In this document: piece after piece, positions 1 through 28,158 of the stretch | How positions within the stretch are numbered: position 1 is the stretch's first letter | Layout of the letters: the number at the start of each line of letters is the position of its first letter | Assembly: GCF_009914755.1 (NCBI RefSeq) | Contig: NC_060939.1 | Length of the DNA: 64,000 nucleotides | Source: the human T2T-CHM13v2.0 reference genome, Homo sapiens | Direction: 5' to 3' (one strand) | Translations under genes and position numbers: made by a program | The notes under the pieces: model-generated | The model's database searches: none | What the model was told of the DNA's origin: nothing | What the model saw: only the letters and a program-made list of their open reading frames with translations

Positions 1-884
1 TGTTAGCAGAATTGATCAAACAGAAGAAAGAATTAATGAGCTTGAAGACAGGCTATTTGAAAATACACAGAGGAGACAAAAAAAGAATGAAAAAAATGAT
101 GCACACCTACGAGATCTAGAAAGTAGCTTCAAAAGGACAAATCTAAAAGTTATTGGTTTTTAAGAGGAGGTAGAGAGAGAAATAGTGGTAGAAAGTTTAT
201 CAAAAGGGATAACAGAGAACTTCCCAAACAAAAGATATCAAAATTCAAGTACAAGAAATCAAAATTCAAGCACAAGAAGGTTATAGAACACCAAGTAGAT
301 TTAACTCAAAGAAGACCACCTCATGGCATTTAATAACAAAACTCCCAGAGGTCAAGGATAAAGAAGGGATCCTAAAGGCAACAAGACCAAAGAAACAAAT
401 AACATACAATGGAGCTCCAATAAGTTTGGCAACAGACTTGTGGCATGACGTCTTTAAAGTGCTGAAGGAAAAAAAAACTTAGCATAAAACCTACCATAGT
501 GTATCTGTTGAAACTATACTTCAAACTTGAAGGAGAAATAAAGACTTTCCCAGACAAACAAAAGCTGAGGGATTTATCAACACCAGGCCTGTCCTACAAG
601 AAATGCTAAAAGGAGTTCTTCAACATTCAAGAAAAGAATGTTAATGAGCAATAAGAAATCATCTGAAGGTACAAAACTCACTGGTAATAGTAAGTACACA
701 GAAAAACGCAGAATATTATAATACTGTAATTGTGGTATGTAAACTATTCCTTATCTTAAATAGAAAGATGAAAAGATGAACCAATCAAAAATAATAACTT
801 TTCCAGACATAGACAGTACAATAAGATATGAATAGAAACAACAAAAAGTTAAAAAGTGTGGAGATGATGTTAAAGTATAGAGTT

Positions 885-970
885 AGCAGCACTCCTGAAT
901 ATATATATATTTTATATATATATTATATATATATCTTATATGTATATTATATATATATTATATATATATT
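885..970 (+). repeat. (TA)n-rich micro-insertion flanked by direct repeats
   Basis: AGTATAGAGTT at 874-884 and 971-981 flanks AGCAGCACTCCTG plus a TA tract. Confidence 0.8.
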
Positions 971-2417
971 AGTATAGAGTTTTTTATTAGTTTTCTTTTT
1001 GCTTGTTTGTTTGTTTATAAGTGCCTACATCAAAAAAGAAGAAACCTTCAAATAAACGATCTAAGGATATGTCTTAAAGAATCAGAAAAGCAAGAGCAAA
1101 CCAAACCCAAAGTTAGTAGAAGAAAGGAAATAATGAAGATCAGAGCAGACATAAGTGAAATGAGAACAATTTAAAAAAATCAATGAAACAAAAAGTTGGG
1201 TTTTTGAAAAGATAAACAAATTGACAAACTTTAGCTAGACTAAGAAAAAAACAGAAAAGACCCAACTAAATAAAATCAGAGATGAAAAAGGAGACCTTAC
1301 AACCCATATCACAGAAATTCAAAGGATCATTAGAGGCTACTAGGAGCAACTATATGCCAAAAAACTAGAAAACCTAGAAGAAATGGATAAATTCTTAGAC
1401 ACATACAACCTACCACAATTGAATAATGAAGAAATCCAAAACCTGAACAAACCAGTAACAAGTAACGAGATTGAAGCCATAATAAAAACCTCCTAGCAAA
1501 GAAAAGCCCTGGACCCAATGGCTTCTCTGCTAAATTTTACCACATTTAAAGAGAATTAATAGCAATCATACTGTAACTATTCTGAAAAGTAGAAGAGGAG
1601 GAAATACTTCCAAACTCATTCTATGAGGCCAGTATTACCTTGGTACCAAAATTAAAGATGCAAAACAAAAACAAAAACAACAACAAAAAAACAAAAAACC
1701 TACAGGCCAATATCCCTGTTGAACACTGATGCAAAAACCCTCAACAAAATACTGGGAAACTGAATTCAGCAACATGTTAAAAAGATCATTCATCATTAAC
1801 AAGTGGGATTCATTCCAGGGATGCAAAGATGGTTCAACATATGCAAATCAATCAGTGTGATACATCATATCAACAAAATGAAAGACAAAAAGCATATGAT
1901 CATATCAACCGATGCTGAAAAAGCATTGGATAAAATTCAACATCCCTTCATGAGAAAAACCCTCAAAAAACTAGGTATACAAGGAACACATCTCAACATA
2001 ATAAAAGCCATATATGACAGACCCACAGTTAGTAATATACTAAATGGAGAAGACAGGAAAGCCTTTATCTAAGATCTGGAACACAAAAAGGATGCCCACT
2101 TTTACTGCTGTTATTCCACATAGTACTAGATGTCCTAGCTAGAGCAATCAGACAAAAGAAAGAAAGAAAGGGCATCCAAATTGGAAAGGAAGAAGACAAA
2201 TTATTCTTGTTTGCAGATGATATGATCTTATATTTGGAAAAGCCTAAAGACTCCACCAAAAAACTATTAGTACTGATAAACAAATTCAATAAAATTTCAG
2301 GATACAAAATCAACATACAGAAATTAGTGGCATTTCTATATGCCAATGGGGAACAATCTGAAGAAGAAATCAAGAAAGTAATCTCATTTCCAATTGCTGT
2401 AAATAAAATTAAATACT

Positions 2418-3181
<764 letters not shown>

Positions 3182-3641
3182 TTAAAATGTCTGTACTACC
3201 TGAAGCAATCTACAAATTCAATGCAATCCCTATCAAAATACCAATGACATTCTTCACAGAAATAGAAAAAAAAAATCCTAAAGTTCACATGGAACCACAA
3301 AATACCAAAATAGCCAAAACTATCCTGAGCAAAAGAACAAAACTGGAGAGGTCACATTACCTGACTTGCAATTATACTACAGAGCTACAGTAACCAAAAC
3401 AGCATGGCACTGGCATAAAAATAGACACATAGACCAATGGAGCAGAATAGAGAACCCAGAAACAAATCCATACATCTACAGTAAAATCCTTTTTGAAAAA
3501 GGAGCCATGATCATGCAATGGGGAAATGACAGTCTGTTCAATAAGTGGTGCTGGGAAAACTGAATATCCATATGCAGAAGCATGAAATTAGACCCCTATT
3601 TCATACCATGTACAGAAAATCAAATCAAAATGGATTAAAGA

Positions 3642-3848
3642 TTAGAGAGGAGCAGAAAAGATAACTGTTGGGTACTGGGCTTAATGTACAGAATCTGTAC
3701 AACAACACATTAAACCCAGTATACAATAGTTGTGTTTAATTATCTCACAGAAATAATCTGTACAACAAACATCCATGGCACGAGTTTACCTATGTAAAAA
3801 ACCTTCACATGTACCCTGAACCAAAAATAAAAGTTGAAAAAAAAAAAA
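3642..3848 (+). mobile_element. Short 5'-truncated L1PA 3' end (L1PA13/14-like) nested in the older L1 ORF2
   Basis: gaggagcagaaaagataactgttgggtactgggcttaat...gtttacctatgtaa...aataaaagtt plus poly(A). The host ORF2 resumes at acttaaatctaagacc. Confidence 0.75.
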
Positions 3849-4268
3849 CTTAAATCTAAGACCTCAAACTATGAAACAACTAAAAGAAAACATTGGATAA
3901 ACTCTCTAGGACATTGGAGTGGGCAAAGATTTCTTGAGAAATACCCCTCAAGCACAGGCAACCAAAGCAAAAATGGACAAATGGGATCAAATTAAGTTAA
4001 AAAGCTTCTGCACATCAAAAGAAGAACAAAGTGGAGGGAGAACGTAGTTGCAAACTCTCCATCTGACAAGGGATTGATCACCAGAATATATAAGGAGCTC
4101 AAACAACTCTATAAGAAAAAAATCTAATAATCTGTTTAAAAAATGGGCAAAAGATCTGAATACACATTTCTCAAAAGAAGACATAGAAATGGCAAACACA
4201 GGTATATGAAAAGGTGCTCAACATCATTGATCATCAGAGAAATGCAAATCAAAACTACATGAGATATT

Positions 4269-4570
<302 letters not shown>

Positions 4571-5383
4571 ACTACAATGAGATATCATCTCACCCCAGTT
4601 AAAATGGCTTTTATCCAAAAGACAGGCAATATCAAATGCTGGCAAGGATATGGAGAAAAGGGAGCACTCATACAGTGTTGGCGGGAATGTAAATTAGTAC
4701 AACCACTGTGGAGAACACTTTGGAGGTACCTCACAAAACTAAAACAGAGCTACCATATGATTCAGCAATCCCACTGCTAGGTATATACCTACAAGAAAGG
4801 AAATCAGTATATGGAAGAGATATCTGCACTCCCGTGTTTATTGCAGCACTATCCACAATAGCCAAGATTTGGAAGCTACCCAAGTGTCCATCAACAGGCA
4901 AATGGATAAAGAAGTGTGGTACAGATACACAATGGAGTGTATTCAGCCGTAAGAAAGAATGAGGTTCTGTCATTTGCAAAAACATGGATAGAACGAGAGG
5001 TCATTATGTTAAGTGAAATGAAATAAGCCAGGCACAGAAAGATAAGCTTCGCATGTTCTCACTCACTTGTGGGAGCTAAAAATTAAAACAATTGAACTCA
5101 CGGAGATAGAGAGTAGAATGATGGTTACCAGAGGCTGAGAAGGATAGTGGGGGGTGGGGTGGAAATGTGGATGATTAATGGGCATTAAAAAATAGTTAGA
5201 ATTAATAAGATCTAGTATTTGATAGCACAACAGGGTGACTGTAGTCAATAATAATTTAATTGTACATGTAAACATAACTAAAAGAGTATAATTGGGTTGT
5301 TTGTAATAGAAACAGTAAATACTTGAGGTGAGGGATACCTCATTCACCCTGATGTGATTATTACACATTGCATGCCTGTATCA

Positions 5384-5767
<384 letters not shown>

Positions 5768-5926
5768 TTAATGGTAAATAAAGGGACTTGCTCTGGGAGG
5801 AGCCTCTAAGGTCTCTCTCTGTCTAGGCCCCCTAGTTCTCTGTTTAAGTGTGCATTAGGTGACTGTTGAAAAGGAGTCTCTTATGAAAGACTGAGTTAAA
5901 CATTCTTATTTTTGCCAAAAGTATAA

Positions 5927-6109
<183 letters not shown>

Positions 6110-6541
6110 TAGGTGTTCAAATGTTGGGGTCTCTGCTCATCAAAAACCATTTTCTATAAACTCCATTGTAGTGGGGAATATATTAATGAAGCCCCAAAGC
6201 AAATGGCTTGCATTCCTTTAGTACATTCCCTCCCTGCTTTGGCCATAAAATCCAGTGGTAGGAGTTAAACCTGGTTGTGAGGGTGCCATGGGTTTCTTTT
6301 GTTACGCAATTGGTGTTGTCTTCCTGGGAAGAAATGATGGGAGAACTCACTCAGCTGACCTTGTAATTTGATAGGGTAAATACTAAGTTTATCGAATCCG
6401 AAAATATAAAGTTGAGATAGTTTGTATGTCATTTTGGAAATTTAATTTTTCCTGTTATTCATTTTTATTTTATCTTCAGAAAGTATTGGTCTGGGAAAGA
6501 TTGGAAACTTAGAAAAAAGATCTTTCTTCTCAGTATGAAAA

Positions 6542-6706
6542 GTGCTATTTTCTCAAAGTGTGCTGCATGGACCAGCAGCCTCAACAGCACCTGGGACCTT
6601 GTTAGAAATGTACTGTCTCCAGCCCACCCTGCAACTACTGAGTTAGAATCTGCATTTTAACAAGATCCCTGAATTCATATGCATGGGAAAGTCCGGGAAG
6701 CACTGT
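6542..6706. mobile_element. MER5A-like hAT-Charlie MITE
   Basis: ttctcaaagtgtg...cacctgggaccttgttagaaatg...agaatctgcattttaacaagatccc...gaagcactg. Confidence 0.8.
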
Positions 6707-7199
6707 ACCAGGACTGTGTCTAGGGCTATTTTTATCTGGCTGGGACAAATTTGTCCGAAGTATTTATGGGCCTCTTCTGCCCTCTGCTGGGCCTAAGAGC
6801 CAAGCACATTAATGCATATCAGCACCGGAGCTGAGGAGCAAATGGCACTTCCCGTCAGCCTGAGGTGGCAATGAGGGTGGTCTGCATGGAGTCGGGTGGA
6901 AGAAAGAACAAGGACCTCCTGCATGCAAGGCCTCTGGAGCAGGGAGGAGTAGTATTAGGGTGTCTTTGTGCAGACAACATGTCGAGGGCCTTGAATGCTG
7001 GACATGTGTGTTTGAGTCTGCTGGGTAAAGATCTGTCTATAATAGCAGAGGGCTGCATGGATTGGATGGGGAACAGGTTGATCACTCTCCTTCTGTGATT
7101 TTCTGTCCTCATCAGGATGAACTCCAGTCTCCTTAGTGTGATCCTTGGTGATGACACCCTGTTGACTCCCTCTTCTCTCTCTACCCTTGCACTGTACCT

Positions 7200-8130
<931 letters not shown>

Positions 8131-8749
8131 AGTGGTGGCTTTATCATCTCAGGGGCAAGAGCAGTGGCATTGTCCTTATGATGCTGGTTCTAATACAAAG
8201 TAGAAAAATTATTTTGAAATACTTTCAGGAATCTTATATTCTTCAGTTTCTTATCAACTTCTCTACTCAACTTGTTGCTTCCCTGTAACAAAAACTTTCA
8301 CTCTAAAGGCATCAAAAGTGTTTGTTATGAGTACTAAATATTTTTGCTTTGTTTTTTTGGCTATATTAGAATGCTGATGAGACTTGATTGTTGAAATGAA
8401 TTCATGTGAAATAAAAATTCTTTGGAAAAGTTTCTTGGCTTTCTTGTGTTGATTATGTAATTGTATTGGAGGGGTATGAACATTTTAAGTGGTATTCTTA
8501 AGACACTAGGTTGCTATATTATTTCATATTTAATTTTATAGTTTTTATGTGTCCATTGGTGATGTAATTAGTAGCAAATGGGCCTTGATTTTTTTCCCCT
8601 GTAAATCCAGCTCAGAAGGGCAAAGGCAAGTTCTCCATAAAGATGAGATACACATTTAGCTCATGTGGCATACCGTGTTCTAAACAGGACTTGATCAGAC
8701 CTGAAGGCCCGATACATAGCCTCCTTTCTCTCTCCTCTCTCTCTCTGAA

Positions 8750-14800
<6,051 letters not shown>

Positions 14801-15419
14801 ATTGTAGCAACTCTGGATACAAGCCCTCTAAGCTTGTTTTTGAGGTTGTTTGCATGTTTATTTGTTTAGCGACTTGAATGGACTCTTTTAGTGATGTCTG
14901 TTTATCCTGTAATATGAAGCCTCTGATGTCACTCCTCAGTACAGTTTGGGAAATGGGCACAATTATTTGCAATGACAGTGGTTTTGGAAGGGCTCTGTTT
15001 GACTGTCTCTTTCCCTGATATTTTATTAGGTTATCTTCCTCTGTTGATATCACACCCAAATCTTAGGCTCCACTAATTGCTAGCATATTGCTATACTATT
15101 TTTGACAATGCCCTGGGACATAAATTGTCGTATAGTCTGATGGTACTATAATTAAATAACTGCCAGCTATAAAGGGCTTAATGATACATATATATATAAT
15201 AATTATGTATATATACAAAAATTACAATAATATGGAAAATGAGCAACCAAATTGATGTTTTAAATGTCATTGGGTTTGGTATGTTATGCTACTATGTCAT
15301 ATGCTGACAGAGAAGTTCTGCATCAGCGTGTGGCCCAAGTCATACCCTTTAGACGTTTGGGACTCTCTAGATGGACTTCTGACCACCAGTGATTAGGTAA
15401 GCCTAGCAATAGAGTCACT

Positions 15420-15436
15420 CTGCCACCTGATGGCCA
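15420..15436 (-). promoter_or_regulatory. Candidate CTCF site (reverse orientation)
   Basis: The minus strand reads TGGCCATCAGGTGGCAG, one mismatch from CCACCAGRKGGCAG. Confidence 0.5.
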
Positions 15437-15862
15437 CAACCTGGAATTGTATCTGGGAGGTAACAGCTGTCTAAAGACCCAAAAAGGGAAAATTTGGAAT
15501 GAGTACATTATTGTTCATCATGATGTAAAGCATTAAGGACGAATAGGAAAACTGGTTAGATTCATTGCAAATTCTTGTTTAACTAAAGCTGTTGAGCCAT
15601 ATGCGCAGTTATATTAGAGCCCTGAGGCTGTCTTTTATGAGTTTTTTTTAAGACAGGAATGATGTCTTTGATTTAACGCTAGATGAAATAGCAATATTCC
15701 TTTCCTTCTTTTATCTTAAATATATTTTTATTTTGAAATAATTTTAAATTTATAAAAAATTACAAAACTCACCAATTGTTAACAATATGTCACATTTACT
15801 GTATTATTCTTTCATGCATGTAATTTTTTTCTGAAACATTTTAGAGTAAGAACATTATTTTT

Positions 15863-19265
<3,403 letters not shown>

Positions 19266-19559
19266 TCATCTTAGCCACCTATAGCATGGAAGTAAGTGAT
19301 TTGCTGGATGGTGTCTGCCTGGAAGTGGATGTACACCTCACATCTGCAGTTCACCCCTGTGTCTGCCCACCACTGACAGGGGAGAATAAAGGGTTCTCCT
19401 CTTCTACCTTCTGAGTCTTGTATAAATGACTCTCACTGTCAGAATCTAACTCCGAACCCTTCTGGCAATGACGTCTGGGAAGTATAGTTTGGGGCTTCAG
19501 TCCCTACGAGACAAAGAGCATTTACAAGGAGCAAAAATGTTGTGTCACTTAAGAATGAT

Positions 19560-20590
19560 CCATTTATGTAAACTCTTTTCCTTGTCACTAATCCTCCAGT
19601 TTTTTTCCTAAGTCTCTAACCATTAGCCACTTTCCTTGAATGTCTGGCCATCTCTTATTCCAGGCAAAATGAATCTCCCAATATATTGTTAGAAATTCTG
19701 TCTTCCTAACAATCTTTAGGGCTACTCCTAAGTGGACTTAGAAGCATCAGCAGTCTTATTCCAGAAGGTGTCAGCATACTGGGTGTGACCATCTGTAAGC
19801 CAGGCCTGACTTTCTCCCTCAGTCCACCTGGTCATCAAGAACTCTTCTAGAAGCCACAGATTTTTTTGTTTGTTTGTTTTGTTTTGTTTTGTATTATCGT
19901 TTTATCTTTTTGTAGACACAGGGTCTTGCTATGTTGCCCAGGCTGGCCTTGAACTCCTGGGCTCAAGCAATTCTCCTGCCTCAACCTCAGCCTCCCAAGC
20001 AGCAGGAGGGAGAAGATGAAGAAGTCATAGGCATGGATTGAAGGAGAGTTGGTGCAGTAGCAGGAATAGATGCCATGGTGGGAGTCTGTGCTCTTGTAAC
20101 TTACTTGTGCCTTTTGAACCTGCTTGAACCCTTCCCCTTGAAGATGGAGTGCTGTTCTAGGCCCACCTTCTAGTGTGGTATTCATGATGGATTGCTCCGA
20201 TTGCAGAGTCACCTAATGGCATTCTGTCTCTACTGAGCCCAGTAGCAAGCCAGCAGCTTCTTCTCAACAGAGGAATATTGTCTCAGAACAGAGCATTAGT
20301 TAGCTCTAAACTCTTATGGGTCCATTCTGTGACTTTCCTATTAGGACTCGACAGAGGCCCCACACAGCTCATCTGCCACACATACTTTGAGTACCATTGG
20401 ATCTGCCAAGTTGCAAGGCCCACAGGGCAGCAGCTTTTACTACAGCTTGAACTGGCTGCAAAGCCTTCCCCTGCTCTACACCCTACTCATACTATACAGC
20501 CTTACGAGTGATTCAGTCAAAGTTTAGAAGTAATATTTTCTAACATGGTAGAAGTTTCCTCCCAAATCCAAGGAGGCCCCCAACTTCGAA
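19560..20590 (-). mobile_element. ERVL (class III) internal pol remnant: RT thumb/connection and RNase H, interrupted by an Alu fragment (19860-20002)
   Basis: Minus-strand translation gives GLLGFGR..ITRKA..VEQGKALQPVQA, LADPMVLKVCVAD, YSSVEKKLLACYWA, VTLQSEQSIMN, QAWLTDG, IHFAWNKRWPDI. These match ERVL pol motifs (PADPMVLEVSVAD, EKQLLACYWAL, AWFTDGS, HFAWKEKWPDV). Confidence 0.8.
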
Positions 20591-20892
20591 AGGCAGGGGT
20601 GGTACTGAAGAGTGACAGACCACATCCAGCACACTAGCTATGCTCTTTGTATTGGCCTCTCGCTGCACATACAGTGTTGTACTCATGATCGTTGGAAAGA
20701 CTTTATTTCTTTGGTGGTTACATCTCTAGCCTTATTAAGCAACATCCCTGTGGTTTACCTTAAAAACCATAATGAGGCCAGCTCTTGGAATTCATTCGAA
20801 CCTCTGTTCAAAAGAATGATGGATAGTGCACTTTCTTTGAGTGGGTTTTGCATTTCAGAGTGTATAAGGAAGCTTTTGCGCATTGTTTTTAA

Positions 20893-21084
<192 letters not shown>

Positions 21085-22562
21085 TAGAAGCGGGTAATTT
21101 GTTCTTAGCTAAGAATAACATGGTGTTGATTATTTCTTACAGGAGAAACCAGCTGGGGCATGTAGCATGGGTTTATGCCAATCATAAGCATCTTTTCTTT
21201 GATTCTTCCTTTCCTATTTCACTAGAGTGGCCCTTCATGTGTCTGGCAACCAAACCACCAAAATTGTTTGGTATAGTCCTAATTCTACTCCCCACCACCA
21301 CATTCCTAGAACAACTAATACATTCCAGAAATTCTAAATGACACCTTGAAAGCTATCTCTTGCACAAGTAAGTGATCAAGCATCCTTTACATGCCACTCG
21401 TCCCAATTTTTGATTCAGGAAATAATGTATTCCCTGGGACTCATTGTATGTACTACCTCATCACATAGTCTGTATGTGGGACAAAATTAGGCAAAGCTAG
21501 AGCATAGGCAGGCTAATGAATATGAGAGTATTTGACCTCAAACGTCACAGATTAATTTCACAAAGCAAAACTTTTGGCATTTCAGTTTGTTTTTTGGCCA
21601 CTTAAAAGTTTCCCTTTGCCATCATAGGGCGTGTCTTCTAGGACTTTTTCTACAATATCTGCCTTATTTGCTATTGTTCGTTTAAAGAGACTATTCCAGT
21701 AAAATAGGAGCATCTGGTTAACTTACTGGATTAAATACATTTATACCTTAATCATCTCCAATAAGAATATAAAGCTACTTATGTGAAAAATACAGATATT
21801 ATAAAACTATGAAAAAGAATAAAAAGACAATCCAATAATAATTTCTTTTTTGAAGAATGAGTGAGAATGGAATTACTACACCAGAGAAGAGATGTTAAGG
21901 AAATCATAAGCTTCTTTATAGCCAGGCCAAGTCAAATATGTACAGATATCCATCAAAAGAGACATTCTTTCTCTTTCTTCTGGATCTGACAAATACCATG
22001 AATCTTTAAGTAAGGAACATGGAACATTCTAATTTTTGCAGAAAAGGCAGAAATTTCACACAGGACTGGTTTTTGTTAAATTGCAGTAAAGACAAGGGAC
22101 ATGGGTAGGTGGTGTGAGAAAGGAACAGGAGGGAGATAGTCTACAAGTTATATTGACTGGTGACCTGACTTGTTATGGAGGTAAATCTGAGACCTTGATG
22201 GATTTTGTAAACAATAAAAATTCTATTTTCTATGACGAGCCGTTAAACTGATGGTAGAAATTCCAAGGTAAGGTTGACTATCATGACAGCTGGTAGAAGT
22301 TGCGGTCTTGGGTAGGAATTGGGCTTGCTCCTCAGAGAATTATGTGTAAAATTAAGTGCTTAGTGCAGGATGAATATTTTGGCAGTGCTACTGGTCTTGA
22401 TTTTCGATGGGTATATAAGAAAGAAAATGGAGGTGGAAAGATGAGGTAGACTTATAAATGAATTTATCAAATTAGATAGAATCTTAATGCCATTGACTAC
22501 AATATGGCTTACTAAATGTTTTCTGAAGTTGCATCTGAAGACGTTAGATGTGATATTTATAA

Positions 22563-22688
<126 letters not shown>

Positions 22689-23083
22689 TAAGCAATCAAT
22701 TTATTAAAAAAATAAAACTTAAAGTTCTTTATGAGTTTATGCAATACTATGATTTTTTTCCTCTTGGTTTTTATTTATTGCACAAATTGAAAACAATAAT
22801 GGAAGTTAAAAAGAAAAGTTTCCTTGTATCATGTTGCCACTTTTCCTTCATAATTATTGTTTTTTGTGTTTGGATAATTATCCACCTATTCATTCAACAA
22901 GTGTATATTGAGTATTCATTGGCCTAGGGGCTGAGGATCTGGGTAATGAACACAAACCAGACTCTGTTCTTATCCTTGTGGAGTTTAGTCTGGGGAGCTG
23001 ATGACCATTAATCAATGACATAAATGAGCATCTACTATATTATTGCTAATGGTGGTAAGTGCGTTGAAGGTTCGGTTCATGGT

Positions 23084-23380
23084 TGTGTAGGCTGAATAAT
23101 GGTCCTCTAAACATCTTCATGTCCTAATCCCTGGAAGTTGCGAATATATTACCTTATATGGCAAAAGGGGACTTTGCAGATGTGATTAAGTTATGGATTT
23201 TAAAATGGGTTTTATCTGATAAGCCTGATGTGATCACTAGAGTCCTTATAAGAGGGAGGCAATAGGGTCACAGTCAAGAGAGAAGGCCATGTGACAATGG
23301 AAGCGAGACTGCAGTGATGCACTTTGAGGACGGGGCAAAGAATTCCAAGCCAAGGAACACATGAGGCCACTAGAATGAGT
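23084..23380 (+). mobile_element. MLT1 (MLT1D-like) MaLR LTR fragment inside an L2
   Basis: tgtgtaggctgaataatggtcc...gtcctaatccctggaa...ttatatggcaaaagggactttgcagatgtgattaag. Confidence 0.75.
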
Positions 23381-23731
23381 GAGAGGCCTGGTTGTGGGGC
23401 CTTCCTGAGGAAGGGATGTTTGAGGTGAGAGCTGAAGAGTGAATGGGGCTTTGCTCTGTAAAGAGTAGGATGAGAATATATGAGGTTGAATAGCCTGTCG
23501 TGGGAGGAATGTGACATGCAAGAAACTGAAAGATGGCGAGGGTGACTGGAACAGGGAGTGAGGGTGAAGCAGTGGGGCATGAGGCTGCAGGGGAGGTGGG
23601 CCAGCTCGCAGTTGTGATTTTTTGTGACAGCAATAGACACAAATAGAAGGAGACAGAGTGAGAAGGCCCAACCTATGCCTAATGAGAATCTTATGAGAGA
23701 TAATAGAGGGAATAGAGGAGAAGCAGTATCA

Positions 23732-26216
<2,485 letters not shown>

Positions 26217-27403
26217 GCAATGCTGAAAAATATGCTGTTTTAAGATCCAAACCAATAGAATAAAATGATGAAGAACAATAAGTTCCAGTTAATGGTTACT
26301 TCTTGGGTTGTGGGGTGATCGCAAAGTACACTTGGGTCTTCTAAGGTCCTGGCAGTGTTCCATGTCTTACCTGGCAGGGGTTCACGGTTGTGTACTTAGG
26401 GTACAGGCTAGCTTCCATGCTGGCTCTCACATAACAGTGCGGAGATCAGTGGTCCAGAGGAGACAGGCAGCAGTCGCAACTCAGTGTGGTTTTTCCAAGG
26501 CTCCAGTCCTCGTCCCTTCCCAGTCACCTGGGACAGGGAGAGAGTCCAGGGCAGAAGCTTTGTTTTTAAAGATAGGACTGGAAAGGCGTGCTTATGACTT
26601 TGATGCATCATGAGGCTATATCTCGCTGCAAGGGATCCTGGGAAATGTGGTCTCTGGCTAGGCAGCCATGTACCCAGTTAACATTTGAGGGCTTCTTAAT
26701 AAGGAAGAAGAAGAGAACAGATATTGCAGGACAAGTGGTAGCTCTACTACAATGGGTGTTCATGTTATCACTATTTAAGTCACATGTCTACATCACATAC
26801 ATTCTTCTGTATTTTATTACATATTATAATAAAAACTGGAAAGAAGTAATTAAGAGGGAGGTAGCAGGTATGGACAGTTATAAGGAATTTGGGAAGGGAG
26901 AGGAATGGAAGGATGGGAGGGTTTTATTTTTTTCTTTCAATTTTTCTTTTGATTTACATTAGGAAATATCCATAGAGGACAAGGGCAATTTGGGGAACGT
27001 TAGAGAGAAAGGGAGCCAGGTTCTAGTCCCAAGAGATAAAAGGGACTAGGAGGAAGAGCCTGGGGAAGAAGGGGACCCTAGAAGAGGAGATGAGAGACAC
27101 TGTGTCCTCTGAGCCAGGAGTATCGTGGACCCTCGGAACTGCCGGGGTCTGTGGCTGGCCCAGCTCTGTGTCGCTGTGTCACCTCAGTGCCTGTGCCGCG
27201 TACTCCTCGTGGGTAGGAAGCACAATCAGATGGTTTATCTGTTGTATTCTCCCGCCTTACCAGCTTCCCATGTTAGTGCTAAGTGCAATTCTAAGAAAAG
27301 GAAAATATGTAATTCTGATTGAGCCTAGTTTAATGTTGGCATATATACCAGAAATATGATAGTTGGAAATTGATATTGTATGATGTCATTAAAAAAAATT
27401 GTT

Positions 27404-28158
<755 letters not shown>

